Source of the DNA: Deltaproteobacteria bacterium
GTDB taxonomy: Bacteria > Myxococcota_A > UBA9160 > SMWR01
Assembly: GCA_032128115.1 (NCBI GenBank)
Contig: JAQBHB010000040.1
Span: 1 to 64,000 of the forward strand
Direction: 5' to 3'
Length of the DNA stretch: 64,000 bases
Part shown: one piece after another, positions 19,894 to 32,821 of the stretch
How positions within the stretch are numbered: the stretch's first letter is position 1
Layout: each line of letters starts with the position of its first letter
The notes under the pieces: generated by a model
What the model saw: only the letters and a program-made list of their open reading frames with translations
Told to the model about the DNA's origin: nothing
Database searches by the model: none
Program-made: the position numbers and the translations under genes

Positions 19894-21291
19894 TCAGCCG
19901 CGCCGATTTCGCCGGCGGACCCTCCAGACCGCGGTGCCCGAGAGCAACCCGCCCAGGGCCGCGGCGCCGCCAATCGACAGCACCGGGAGAGCGAGCGCGC
20001 CCTTGAAGAAGATGATGTCGGGCTCGGTCTCGGCGTAGGCGAGCGTCAGGAACGGGTCGTAGTCCGTCTCCCCGTTCAGGTGCCGCCGCATGAACGCCAC
20101 GGTGTAGAGATTCTGGAGGCGGTTCACGTCGGCCAGGTCGATCACCGCGTTGACGCAGGTGTCGATGAACGGATCCACCAGTCCCCCGGCGCCGACGGCG
20201 ACCCATGCCGTGTACTCGGCCGGGTCGGAAGGCGGCGGATCGTTGCAGGGGGGCGGGTCGGCAAGACTCGGGCAGATCCCCGCCTGGATCAGGGCAGCTC
20301 CGATGGGACAGATTGCGGCGAAGGCCTCGTGTACGGCGTTGATCACGTCGGCGCGGCAATTGGCCGGGGTCAGGGTCTGCGTGAGCGGGAAGGGCCGGTT
20401 GCAGCGGGTGCTGAACGACTCCGCGGTTCCGTCCATGCACAGCGTGGGGAGCGCCACAGACTGCAACTCGGCATCGGTCAAGATTCCGTGGGCCGGCGAA
20501 ACCGGCACGATCACCTTGACGCGGGAATCGGCGGGCACGGTCTCCTCGTCGCACGTGCCCGGAGCGCAGGCCCCACCGCAGTCGCAATCCAGGTCGGTCG
20601 TGCACTCATCCCCGAAGTCGGTGGCTGTCGCATCGCAGTATGCATTGGTGAAGCCGCTGGCCATGGCGTAGGTCGTGAATCCGCCAAACGAGTGGCCGGA
20701 CACGCCGATGCGGCTGGCGTCGATCGCGCCGAAGAAGTCGTCCCCGCCATCGGCGTTGCGCGCCAGCATGTAGTCGATGGCCCAGGACACGTCCTTGGGG
20801 CGCTGGCGAGCGGTGATCGCAAACGGCTGGCTCCCACCGACGAATTGGTTCTTGTAGTGATCGGGTGCGATCACGATGAAGCCGTGGCTGGCCAGCGCCT
20901 CGCCAAGGGCAGGTGACTGGTTGGGGATACCGCCGCTTCCGTGGGAGAAGACGATCATCGGGAAGTTTCCGGCCGACGCCAACGCCACATCTTCGCGCGC
21001 CACGGTGGAATCGATCACCAGGGTCGTGAACAGCAGGTTGGCGAGGAAGTACTCGGTGAAGGGGCCGGTGTCCACATCGGTGGGGTACCAGATCTCGACG
21101 AACACGGTGGGCCCACCCGGCAGATGGGGCGGGATGGCGTGATCGCGGCGATGGCCCACGTCCCAGGGTCCCAGGGCGTCCGGCGCGTCTACGGCCATCG
21201 CGGGCGCGGCCAGCAGGGTGCTGGCGAGCAGGGCGCTGGCGAAGGAGGCAGCCAGGATTCGAACGGCGTTTCCTTGCGTCCGGTGTCGCAT
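19894..21291 (-). CDS. Secreted alpha/beta hydrolase with a Cys-rich insert and IPTL-CTERM-like tail
   Basis: Signal peptide, VEIWYP, FSHGSGG, GHSFGG nucleophile motif, C-terminal LPVLSIGGAAALGGLLSGTAVWRVRRR. Confidence 0.8.
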   Translation of the reverse strand: MRHRTQGNAVRILAASFASALLASTLLAAPAMAVDAPDALGPWDVGHRRDHAIPPHLPGGPTVFVEIWYPTDVDTGPFTEYFLANLLFTTLVIDSTVAREDVALASAGNFPMIVFSHGSGGIPNQSPALGEALASHGFIVIAPDHYKNQFVGGSQPFAITARQRPKDVSWAIDYMLARNADGGDDFFGAIDASRIGVSGHSFGGFTTYAMASGFTNAYCDATATDFGDECTTDLDCDCGGACAPGTCDEETVPADSRVKVIVPVSPAHGILTDAELQSVALPTLCMDGTAESFSTRCNRPFPLTQTLTPANCRADVINAVHEAFAAICPIGAALIQAGICPSLADPPPCNDPPPSDPAEYTAWVAVGAGGLVDPFIDTCVNAVIDLADVNRLQNLYTVAFMRRHLNGETDYDPFLTLAYAETEPDIIFFKGALALPVLSIGGAAALGGLLSGTAVWRVRRRNRRG

Positions 21292-21413
21292 TCTCGTCTC
21301 CTCGGGTGAACGGGGCTTCCCATCTTCGATACCGCCGGATTATGACAGGTTTGAACGATCTTTTCGCGGGGCCGGGCGAGCCGGCCGTCGGGTGGACTAC
21401 GCTGGACGCCCTC

Positions 21414-22502
21414 ATGGCGGAACGAATTTTCAACTTCTCACCGGGGCCGGCGGTGTTGCCCGAAGACGTGCTGCGCGAGGCCCGGGACGCGCTGCTCGAC
21501 CTGGCGGGCTCGGGGATCGGCGTCCTCGAACACAGCCACCGGGGCGGGGTCATCGACGAGGTGTTTGCGCGGACGGAGGCCGACTGCCGCGAGCTGGCGG
21601 GGGTGCCGGCCGACTACACCGTGCTGTTCCTCCAGGGCGGAGCCTCCACCCAGTTCTGGATGCTCCCGGCCAATTTTCTGGCGCCGCAGGCGACCGCCGA
21701 CTACCTGAACACGGGAAGCTGGTCGCAGAAGGCGATGGCCGAGGCTCGTCACTACGGCCAGGTGCACGAGGCCGCGTCGTCGGAAGACGAGAACTTCAAC
21801 TACATCCCCGACGCGGCCCAGACCCGCTTCTCGGATCGCCCGAGCTACGTGCATTTCACGTCGAACAACACGATCTTCGGGACCCAGTACCGGGACGAGC
21901 CCGCGATTCCCGGGGATTCGTGGCTCGCCTGTGATGCCTCCAGCGACCTGTTTTCGCGTCCGATCGATGTGGGGCGCTACGGGCTGATCTACGGCGGCGC
22001 CCAGAAGAACTTCGGCCCGGCGGGAGTGACGCTCGTGATCGTGCGCAACGATCTGCTGGAACGGACGGAGCGCGAGCTTCCTACCATGCAGCGCTACCGG
22101 ACCCACGCGGAGCAGAGCTCCCGCTACAACACACCGCCGGTCTTCGGGGTCTACCTGATGGGCCAGATCTTCCGCTGGCTGCTGGATCGGGGCGGTCTCG
22201 GGAGTGTGGCGCGGGACAACGCCGCCAAGGCGAAGCGGGTCTACGACGCCATCGATGCCTCGGGCTTCTTCCGGGGCACGGCCCGGAACGACAGCCGGTC
22301 GCTGATGAACGTGACGTTTCGTGCTCCCAGTGAGGAGCTGGAGGCGGCCTTCATTCGCGAAGCCGAGAAAGAGGGACTCTCGGGCCTGAAGGGGCATCGC
22401 GCGGCGGGTGGCATGCGCGCCAGCCTCTACAACGCCCTCCCGCCAATGGCCTGCAGCGCCCTGGCCGAGTTCATGAAGACCTTCGAGGCGCGCCACGGAT
22501 AA
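21414..22502 (+). CDS. serC: Phosphoserine aminotransferase
   Basis: FNFSPGPAVLP, FLQGGASTQF, GGAQKNFGPAG, YNTPP, GLKGHR..GGMRASLYNA. Confidence 0.97.
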   Translation: MAERIFNFSPGPAVLPEDVLREARDALLDLAGSGIGVLEHSHRGGVIDEVFARTEADCRELAGVPADYTVLFLQGGASTQFWMLPANFLAPQATADYLNTGSWSQKAMAEARHYGQVHEAASSEDENFNYIPDAAQTRFSDRPSYVHFTSNNTIFGTQYRDEPAIPGDSWLACDASSDLFSRPIDVGRYGLIYGGAQKNFGPAGVTLVIVRNDLLERTERELPTMQRYRTHAEQSSRYNTPPVFGVYLMGQIFRWLLDRGGLGSVARDNAAKAKRVYDAIDASGFFRGTARNDSRSLMNVTFRAPSEELEAAFIREAEKEGLSGLKGHRAAGGMRASLYNALPPMACSALAEFMKTFEARHG

Positions 22503-22552
22503 GCCCTCGGGGCGCGCCACGAACAAGCCTTCGAGGCGCGCCACGGACAAAC
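22481..22552. repeat. Three imperfect 24-bp tandem copies spanning the serC stop codon
   Basis: CTTCGAGGCGCGCCACGGATAAGC / CCTCGGGGCGCGCCACGAACAAGC / CTTCGAGGCGCGCCACGGACAAAC. Confidence 0.9.
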
Positions 22553-22556
22553 TTCC

Positions 22557-23633
22557 GTGAACGCGTTGCTTCCGCGAATCGCAAGCTTCCTCGGGATCGC
22601 CTTGGCGTGCAGCGGGCCCCGATCCGATCTCCCCGCTGCGCCAGACCTCACGACCGACTCCCTGCGCCAGGCGGTCCGGGCACTCACCGCCGAGGAGATG
22701 CAGGGACGCCGCACGGGTAGCGAAGGGGAGCGCCGCGCCGCCGCGTACGTGGCCCAGGTCTTCGCTCGAATCGGGCTCGAGCCCGCTGGCGACGACGGAA
22801 CCTGGTTCCAGTCTTTTGATTTCAGATCCGGAGCGCCCGAGGAGCAGCACGACGAGGCGCGAAACGTGCTGGGAAGGCTGCCCGGCGCGAGCCCGGGGTG
22901 GCCGCCGGTGGTCATCGGGGCGCATCTGGATCATCTGGGTCACGGGGTGGACGAAGGATCCCTGGCGGCACACGACGAGCGCGACCAGGTCCACGAGGGC
23001 GCCGACGACAACGCCTCTGGCGTGGCGGCGCTGCTCGGGATCGCGGGAAGTCTGGCCTCGCAGGCGCGCCACGGGCCGCTGACTCTGGAGCGCGACATCG
23101 TGTTTGCCGCCTGGTCCGGGGAAGAGATCGGGCTCCTGGGTTCGAAGGCGTTCGTCAGGCAGCTGCCCAAAATGAGCGGACACGGCGCGCGAGCGATCTC
23201 CGCCTACCTCAACCTGGACATGGTGGGGCGCCTTCGCCACCGGCTCCTGATCTACGGGATGTCGTCCAGCTCGGTCTGGCCGACGCAGGTGGAGCGACAC
23301 AATGCGGTCACCCGTCTGCCGGTGGTTCCCCAGCGCGATGCAATCCTTCCCACCGACGCCACGTCGTTCCACTCGAGGGGGATTCCCGCGCTTTCGTTCT
23401 TCACCGGATTGCATGCCGAGTACCACACACCACGAGATCGCTGGCCGCTCCTGAACTACGGCGGTTTGCGCGAGATCGCCCGGCTGGTGGAGTCGATCGC
23501 CGTGTCCCTGGCGCAGTCGAGCGATCTGCCCGACTTCCTGGGGAAGGAGATTCCCCCCCACGACGCGACGCTGAGCTTGACTGCTCGGGATCACAGCCGC
23601 ACCCTGGGGCGATGGAGAAGCTCATCTACCTGA
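22557..23633 (+). CDS. M28-family zinc aminopeptidase, probable lipoprotein
   Basis: GAHLDHLG, GADDNASG, SGEEIGLLGS, NLDMVG, YHTP. LAC lipobox. Confidence 0.88.
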   Translation: MNALLPRIASFLGIALACSGPRSDLPAAPDLTTDSLRQAVRALTAEEMQGRRTGSEGERRAAAYVAQVFARIGLEPAGDDGTWFQSFDFRSGAPEEQHDEARNVLGRLPGASPGWPPVVIGAHLDHLGHGVDEGSLAAHDERDQVHEGADDNASGVAALLGIAGSLASQARHGPLTLERDIVFAAWSGEEIGLLGSKAFVRQLPKMSGHGARAISAYLNLDMVGRLRHRLLIYGMSSSSVWPTQVERHNAVTRLPVVPQRDAILPTDATSFHSRGIPALSFFTGLHAEYHTPRDRWPLLNYGGLREIARLVESIAVSLAQSSDLPDFLGKEIPPHDATLSLTARDHSRTLGRWRSSST

Positions 23634-24355
23634 TTTTCTCGGACCCGGGAGCCGGTCAGGATGTGCACCGCAAGAAGCAGGATGTGCACCGCAAGAAGCT
23701 GCTCGAGGATTGCGCGCCCCGACTGCTGGCCCTTTCTCCGCGGGGTCTCTCCATGAACATCAGCGACTCGGATTCCGACGTCCCGACGCCGGTGCCGTGG
23801 CCCGCTGACGAGGCACCGCTGGTGGCGCAGGTCTCGCTGTGGCTCGACTGCCACGACCGGCGTGAGCCGTTCGAGCAGATCGTGGCGGGGGTGGGTGACA
23901 AGCTGGTGGGTTACCTGGTCTCCGAGTCGCTCTACAGCGACTATGGCTGCAACCGGCACGCGGCGCCGCGCAGCTGGCCCGACGGGCGGCGTTCGCCGGG
24001 CGTGCTCACGGTGACGCTGCTGGAGAAGCCCGAGCGCATGACCCACACAGACTGGTTGGCCCACTGGCACGGCGTGCAATCGCCCGTGTCCGAAGAGATC
24101 CAGCCTCGCGCGCGCTACGTGCGCAACGAGGTGGTGCGGGCCCTCACCGCGGGCGCGCCGCCCTATCGCGGAATCGTCGAGGAAGCCTGGCCGTCGCCCG
24201 AGCACGTGACCGATCCGATGCTCTTCTATCTGGCCGAGGGCTCGAAAGACCGCATGAAGCAGAACCTCTCGACGATGCTCGCGAGCGTGCGCGGTTTCCT
24301 GGACATGGATCGCATCCGCAACCAGACGATGAGCGAGTACCTGCTCAAGACCTGA
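23612..24355 (+). CDS. EthD-like domain protein
   Basis: MEKLIY start, KPERMTHTDWLAHWHGVQSP, YVRNEVVRALT, GIVEEAWP. Confidence 0.75.
   Translation: MEKLIYLIFSDPGAGQDVHRKKQDVHRKKLLEDCAPRLLALSPRGLSMNISDSDSDVPTPVPWPADEAPLVAQVSLWLDCHDRREPFEQIVAGVGDKLVGYLVSESLYSDYGCNRHAAPRSWPDGRRSPGVLTVTLLEKPERMTHTDWLAHWHGVQSPVSEEIQPRARYVRNEVVRALTAGAPPYRGIVEEAWPSPEHVTDPMLFYLAEGSKDRMKQNLSTMLASVRGFLDMDRIRNQTMSEYLLKT
23657..23698. repeat. Perfect 21-bp in-frame tandem duplication
   Basis: CAGGATGTGCACCGCAAGAAG x2, encoding QDVHRKK twice. Confidence 0.92.
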
Positions 24356-24386
24356 TGCGATGACGGCGACGGCGGCGACTCAGGAC

Positions 24387-25936
24387 TCAGGGCAGGGTGC
24401 CGATCCTGGCAACGGGCGCCGCGGGCTCCGACGCCCGCCGATCCGAGAGGGCCAGCCCGCGCAGCAAGGCGTTGCGCAGATCCCGGGGATCGATCACGTC
24501 GTCGAATGCCATGGAGTCGGCCGCCCGATAGGGGCCGCCGGCCTCCGCAGCTTCCAGCTCGGCCCGGGCCGGATCGGAAAGCCCGGCGGCTTCGCCCCCG
24601 CCGCGGGCGGGCATGGCTCCCAGCGTCACGCCGGGAAACGCCAGCGACAGGGTCTGCCCGTCGAAGGGATTCATGGCCATGATCGAGCTGCCAAAGCCGA
24701 AGGCCTTGCGCAGCGTGACCGAGATCTTCGGTCCCGGCAGCCGGTGCTGCGCGGCGAACATGCGCGCGGCGCAACGCAGGGCGCCTTCGCGCTCGGCCGC
24801 GCTGCCCGCCAGTACACCCGGGTTGTCGGCGAGGAATACCGCGGGCAGGTGGAAGCCACCCGCGATCTCGAGGAATCGCGCGGCCTTTAGCGCCGCGGCG
24901 CCGTCCACGGCGCCCGCCCGCACCGAGGGATCGTTGGCCACCACTGCCACCGGCCGCCCGCCGATCCGCGCCAGGCACGTGATCAGGGAAGCGCCGTACT
25001 CGGGCTGCACGTCCAGGAATTCGCCTGCGTCGAGCACGAGTTCCAGCAGACGCCGCATCGGGTAGGGGCGGCGCGATTCCGCGGGCACCAGCGCCAGGAT
25101 TTCGCTGATCCGACGCTCACCCGTGTCGGGTGCCTCACGGCGGGTCGGGCGCTCCCAGGCGTTCGACGGGAAGTAGCCCAGGTAGTCGCGCAGCTGGTCG
25201 AGGGCGGCGGCTTCGTCGCGTGCCCGCTTGTGCGCCACGCCGCTTCGGGCCACGTGCACGTCGGCGCCGCGCCCAGATCCTGCACGCTCACCTTCTCTCC
25301 CACGGCGGCGGCCACCAGTGGGGGGCCCGCGGAGAACAGGGCCGCTCCTTCCACCATCACGACGAAGTCCATCAGCGGAGCGGCCAGGGCGCCGTGTCCC
25401 GCGGAGGGTCCCATTACGGCGCACACGGTGGGCACCCGACCGGACAGCTCCGCCAGGCCCTGGAGATCGTTGGGGCTGCGGCCGTGGCGGGCGAGGGCAT
25501 TGGTGGCCCGATGCCCCGCGCCCTCGAGCAGCAGCACCAGGGGGACCCGTTCCTGGGCAGCCAGCTGGGTGAGCCGGTAGCGCTTGGACGCGTTTCCCAA
25601 CCCGATGGAGCCCCCCAGCACGGTGAAGTCCTCGGCGCCCACGAGGACTGGACGGCCATCGATCCGACCGAACCCGGCGATCAGGGCATCGGCAGGGGTT
25701 TTCGCCCCTTCCGGGCCCCCGAGCCCCCCCACCAGGGCTCCCAGCTCGACGAAGGAGTCGCGATCCAGCAGGCGGCTCACGCGTTCGCGGGCGCTGCCCT
25801 GGCCGCGTTCCCGCCGGAGCTTTCGCTTCGCCGGGTCGCCAAGCGATCGGGCGGCATCCAGGCGCCGCGCGAGGTCGTCGAGCCGGGGCTTCCAGCCGGC
25901 CTCGCCGTCGCCGCCGGTGTCGCGCGAACGTGTCAT
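24387..25936 (-). pseudogene. Acyl-CoA carboxylase carboxyltransferase subunit, frameshifted near 25270
   Basis: The N-terminal half (DFTVLGGSIG, EGAGHR, GPPLV, QDLG) and C-terminal half (GADVHVARSG, DNPGVL, RKAFGFG, DDVIDPRDLR) are in different frames. An apparent 2-bp GC insertion separates them. Confidence 0.8.
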
Positions 25937-26071
25937 CGGGGCGCTGTCTTCGGGGCTCGCATGGGCGTTGCGGATTATAACGGCGCCGCCGCGGAGGGGG
26001 CCGCTTGCGTCCCGGTCCAGGCGGGGCGAAGGTTGGCCGATGCCAACGCAGGGCATGGGGGGCTTTGCGAC

Positions 26072-28988
<2,917 letters not shown>

Positions 28989-29087
28989 GGGAATCGGCTC
29001 CTCGGATCTGGCGGCCGGGGCGAGGCTACCCGGTGCGCCGCGGCCGCGCACCGGCCATACTCGTCTCTGCCGCGGTGGAGGAATCGC

Positions 29088-29894
29088 GTGTCGTCCAAAG
29101 TTTTTCCCGAGCCCCTGGTGCTCCGCGCCGACGAAGACGGCGTGGCCACGCTCACCTTGAACCGCGCCCGGCAGCAGAACTCCCTATGCGAGGCGATGAT
29201 CGGCGAGCTCGAGGAGGCGCTGGACGCCATCGCCGGCGACGCGAGCATCCGGGTGGTGGTGCTCACGGGCGCCGGTCCCAACTTCTGTGCCGGGCACGAT
29301 CTCAAGGAAATGCGCTCGCAGCCGGACCAGGGCTACTACGAGCGTCTCTTCCAGCGTTGCGGGCGCATGATGCTCTCGCTCCTGGAGCTGCCCCAGCCGG
29401 TGATAGCCAAGGTGCGCGGGATTGCCACCGCTGCGGGCTGTCAGCTGGTGGCCATGAGCGACCTGGCGGTGGCCAGCAAGGCGGCGCGCTTCGCCACTTC
29501 GGGAATCAACGTGGGCCTGTTCTGCTCCACCCCGGCGGTGCCCCTATCGAGAAATGTGTCGCGCAAACGGGCGTTCGAGATGCTGATGACCGGCGATTTC
29601 ATGGACGCGAAGAGTGCCCGCAAAGCGGGGCTCGTCAATCGCGTCGTGCCCGAGGCGGGGCTCGATGCCGCGGTGGTCGAGCTGGCGCGCCGGATCACGG
29701 AGAAGGCGCCTGCCGTGGTCGCCGCGGGCAAGCGAACCTTCTACCGGCAGCTGGGGCTGGGGATTGTGGAGGCCTTCGACTACGCCGCCCACACCATGGC
29801 CTGCGACATGATGGCCGCAGACGCGCGCGAGGGGATCGATGCCTTCATCGAGAAGCGACCGCCCGCGTGGCGTGGCGCCTCGAGAGACGAGTGA
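29088..29894 (+). CDS. Enoyl-CoA hydratase/isomerase
   Basis: FCAGHDLKE, PVIAKVRGIATAAGCQLVA, GLFCSTP. Confidence 0.93.
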   Translation: MSSKVFPEPLVLRADEDGVATLTLNRARQQNSLCEAMIGELEEALDAIAGDASIRVVVLTGAGPNFCAGHDLKEMRSQPDQGYYERLFQRCGRMMLSLLELPQPVIAKVRGIATAAGCQLVAMSDLAVASKAARFATSGINVGLFCSTPAVPLSRNVSRKRAFEMLMTGDFMDAKSARKAGLVNRVVPEAGLDAAVVELARRITEKAPAVVAAGKRTFYRQLGLGIVEAFDYAAHTMACDMMAADAREGIDAFIEKRPPAWRGASRDE

Positions 29895-30697
29895 TGCAGC
29901 TGCGGGATCGGGTCGCGGTGGTCACGGGCGGGGCCAGCGGCATTGGAGCGGCCCTGTGCCGGCGCTTCGCGGCCGAGGGCGCTCGCGGCGTGGTGGTGGC
30001 GGACCGGAACGCGACCGGCGCCGAGGCAGTGGCCGTGGACGTGGGCGGGCTTGCCGTGACCACGGACGTGTCGGTCGAGTCCGATATCCAGGAGCTGGTG
30101 CGCCGGAGCCGCGAACGGTTCGGCGAGATCGATCTGTTCTGCTCGAACGCCGGCGTGGCCGTGGGGGGCGGCCTCGGCGACGAAGGCAGCGGCCCCTTTG
30201 CCCCCGACGCCGATTGGCAGCGAAGCTGGGACGTGAACCTGATGGCCCACGTCTACGCGGCGCGCGCGGTGCTCCCGGCCATGCTCGAACGCGGGGAGGG
30301 CACGTTGTTGAACACCGCGTCCGCGGCCGGCCTGCTCACCGACCTGTCGGCCTGTGCGTACTCGGCCACCAAGCACGCGGCGGTGGGCTTTGCCGAGTGG
30401 CTGGCCATCACCTACGGCGGGCGGGGGATCCGGGTGGCCTGCCTGTGCCCGCAGGGGGTTCGCACGCCCATGCTCCTGGGTGCGTCTGCCGCGGGAGGCG
30501 GCGGCCACCTGACGCCAGCGATGATCGAGCCGGAGGCGGTGGCGGAAGCGGTGGTGGCGGGGCTCGCGGGAGACGACTTCCTGATCCTGCCCCACCCGGA
30601 GGTGAGGCAATACGTGCAGCGCAAGGCCGCCGATCCCGGGCGTTGGATTCAGGGCATGCGTCGCTTCCGGCAGCGGGTCTACGGGGCCAGCAACTGA
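29894..30697 (+). CDS. Short-chain dehydrogenase/reductase
   Basis: TGGASGIG, NAG, YSATK. Start overlaps the upstream stop. Confidence 0.93.
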   Translation: MQLRDRVAVVTGGASGIGAALCRRFAAEGARGVVVADRNATGAEAVAVDVGGLAVTTDVSVESDIQELVRRSRERFGEIDLFCSNAGVAVGGGLGDEGSGPFAPDADWQRSWDVNLMAHVYAARAVLPAMLERGEGTLLNTASAAGLLTDLSACAYSATKHAAVGFAEWLAITYGGRGIRVACLCPQGVRTPMLLGASAAGGGGHLTPAMIEPEAVAEAVVAGLAGDDFLILPHPEVRQYVQRKAADPGRWIQGMRRFRQRVYGASN

Positions 30698-30700
30698 CGC

Positions 30701-32821
30701 CTAGCGCGGCGCGCCGCCGCGGAGGTTCGGGAGATCCCCCAGGGCGTAGGGAATCGGTCGCAGCACGCGACTCTCCCCCCGGCCGTCGATCAGGAAGAGG
30801 GTGAGGGGGACGCCGGGCGCATAGGCGGATTCCGGGAGCATGGCCGAGAACAGGTAGCCCCCCCGCATGCGCGCGAGCGCCGGCGCCACCGCGCGCACCC
30901 GGCCGTCCAGGGCCAGCGCGATCTGGGGCGGATCCAGCCCGGTGGGATTGCGGTCGAGCACTCCCGTGACCCGCGCCAGGGAGAATGCCTCGGGGTGATC
31001 ATTGGCCCGCTCGAAGGCCCGCTCCATCAACTGCACCCGCGCGTTGGCGGACTCTTCCACCGGAAGATCGGCAACCCGGAGTCCGACCCAGCCGGCGTGA
31101 GGTCCTGCCCGGAACAGGCCGTCCTCGCGCGCGCCCGATCCGAACAGCGCAAGCTTGCGGTCGAGGCTCTGGGTCCGGTCGAGCAGCGCCGGGTCGAAGC
31201 TCAGGCGCACGTCGTCGCGGCTGAACATGGTCTTGCGGAGGCGCTCGGGGCAATCCGGATCGAGCAGCGAGCAACCGTCGATCTCCCACGGGATCTCGAT
31301 TCCCACCACGTCCGCGATGGTGGGCAGGATGTCCACCGTCTCCACGTTGCGGTGCGACACGCGGCCCTGGCGCTGGCCCGGCGGCTTCACGAACAGCGGG
31401 ACGCCGAGGACGTCCTCCGGGTGCTGCATGCTGGCCGGGTCGCGCCGCGATTCGCCCGGCCGGAAGCTGGCCCCGTGATCGGCCACCACGATCAGGAGCG
31501 CACGATCGTAGAGGCCCGTGGCCTCCAGACGCTCGAGAAGCTCGCCCAGCAGCGTGTCGACCAGCTCCAGCTGCATCAGGTGCCGCTGGTAACCCTGCAC
31601 CACCCACGATTCCTCGCGGCCCCAGGTGTTGTCCCAGAAGTCGAAATCGGTGGGCGGGTAGTAGATCCGGCCAGAGGGGCCGTGCTGCCACGGAACGTGG
31701 GGCAGCGGAATGTGCACGAAGTGGAGCGCGGGCCCCTCGCCGGGCTGGATCGATGCGACGAAGTCCCTGAACCGCCCCGGGCGGTCGCTGAATGCGCCCG
31801 TTCGTTCCTGCTTGCGACGCAGGACCGAGGCGCGGGTGAAGTCGCTCCAGGCCTGGCTGACCGGCGGCAGGGAGGCGGCCAGGTCGCGCGGCAGCAGCAC
31901 GTGCAGGTAGATCACCGAGAGGTCTGCGATCAGGCTGCGGGCGCGAGCCAGGCGCCGCCCCCACGACTCGTCGCGCGGGTCCTGGAAGAGCGAGGTGAAG
32001 GGCTCCTCCACGTTCATCTCGAACTCGCCGCCGAGCAGGCGGAACAGGTTGCGGGGATGGTCCGACGCGATGGGAAGCTGGCTCGGGTCGGGATAGCGAC
32101 CGGTGAGGATCGCGGGGATCGCGTGCTCGGTGAGGGCGTGCACTCCGCTGGCCCGGCGGAACCACAGGGCTTCGCGGGACAGCCGGGCGAAGGCCGGGTA
32201 GCGGATCGGGTCGATGTGGTCGGGCGCATCCAGGAGCGAAGTGGTGGGAAGCTCATCGAATACCACCAGCACCACGGGGACGGCGAATCCGGCGGCCCCG
32301 GGTGTCTCCGCCGCGGGCAGCGGTGAGGCGAGAAGCCTGCCGATGGACGCGTCGCTTGCGAAGGCCCACACGAAGATCAGGGGCGCCAGGGCCAGGGCGC
32401 TGGTGAACCTGCGCACAAGCGAAAATCGCGCCCAGGCTGCGACGGCGGAGAGTCCGATCGCGAGGGCGAGGGCCAATGCCACGCCACCGGGAACCGGGAG
32501 CTCGCGACCCAGGAAGGGCAGGGCCGTGGCCGCCACCAGCACGCCCACCCAGGCGAGGTGTTGGGCGATCGCAAGCGCGGGGCCCACCCGTGCCAGGAGT
32601 TCTTCCAGGAGCCACGCCGCCGCAGGAATCGCGATGAGGAGGAAGGCCACGAGTCCGGCGATCTCGAAAAGGCCGGCGCGATGGGCCACCAGGAAGGGGG
32701 GGTGGCGCTGGAGCAGCTCGAGCAGTGGTTGTGCCAGGGCGAGTGAGAAGAGTCCCGCGAGCTGCAGCCCGCGTGCCAGGGGGCCGCGGAAATCCCTCAC
32801 GCCAGTCGACGCGACGCCCAC
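30701..32821 (-). CDS. Membrane-anchored sulfatase-like (alkaline phosphatase superfamily) hydrolase/transferase
   Basis: Five N-terminal TM helices, VVFDELP, LTEHAIPAILTG, PHVPW, VVADHG. Confidence 0.8.
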   Translation of the reverse strand: MGVASTGVRDFRGPLARGLQLAGLFSLALAQPLLELLQRHPPFLVAHRAGLFEIAGLVAFLLIAIPAAAWLLEELLARVGPALAIAQHLAWVGVLVAATALPFLGRELPVPGGVALALALAIGLSAVAAWARFSLVRRFTSALALAPLIFVWAFASDASIGRLLASPLPAAETPGAAGFAVPVVLVVFDELPTTSLLDAPDHIDPIRYPAFARLSREALWFRRASGVHALTEHAIPAILTGRYPDPSQLPIASDHPRNLFRLLGGEFEMNVEEPFTSLFQDPRDESWGRRLARARSLIADLSVIYLHVLLPRDLAASLPPVSQAWSDFTRASVLRRKQERTGAFSDRPGRFRDFVASIQPGEGPALHFVHIPLPHVPWQHGPSGRIYYPPTDFDFWDNTWGREESWVVQGYQRHLMQLELVDTLLGELLERLEATGLYDRALLIVVADHGASFRPGESRRDPASMQHPEDVLGVPLFVKPPGQRQGRVSHRNVETVDILPTIADVVGIEIPWEIDGCSLLDPDCPERLRKTMFSRDDVRLSFDPALLDRTQSLDRKLALFGSGAREDGLFRAGPHAGWVGLRVADLPVEESANARVQLMERAFERANDHPEAFSLARVTGVLDRNPTGLDPPQIALALDGRVRAVAPALARMRGGYLFSAMLPESAYAPGVPLTLFLIDGRGESRVLRPIPYALGDLPNLRGGAPR

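Noticed and set aside
22481..22552. Repeats as a mini CRISPR array
   Set aside because: The units are directly adjacent with no unique spacers, they derive from serC coding sequence, and there are no cas genes in the window.
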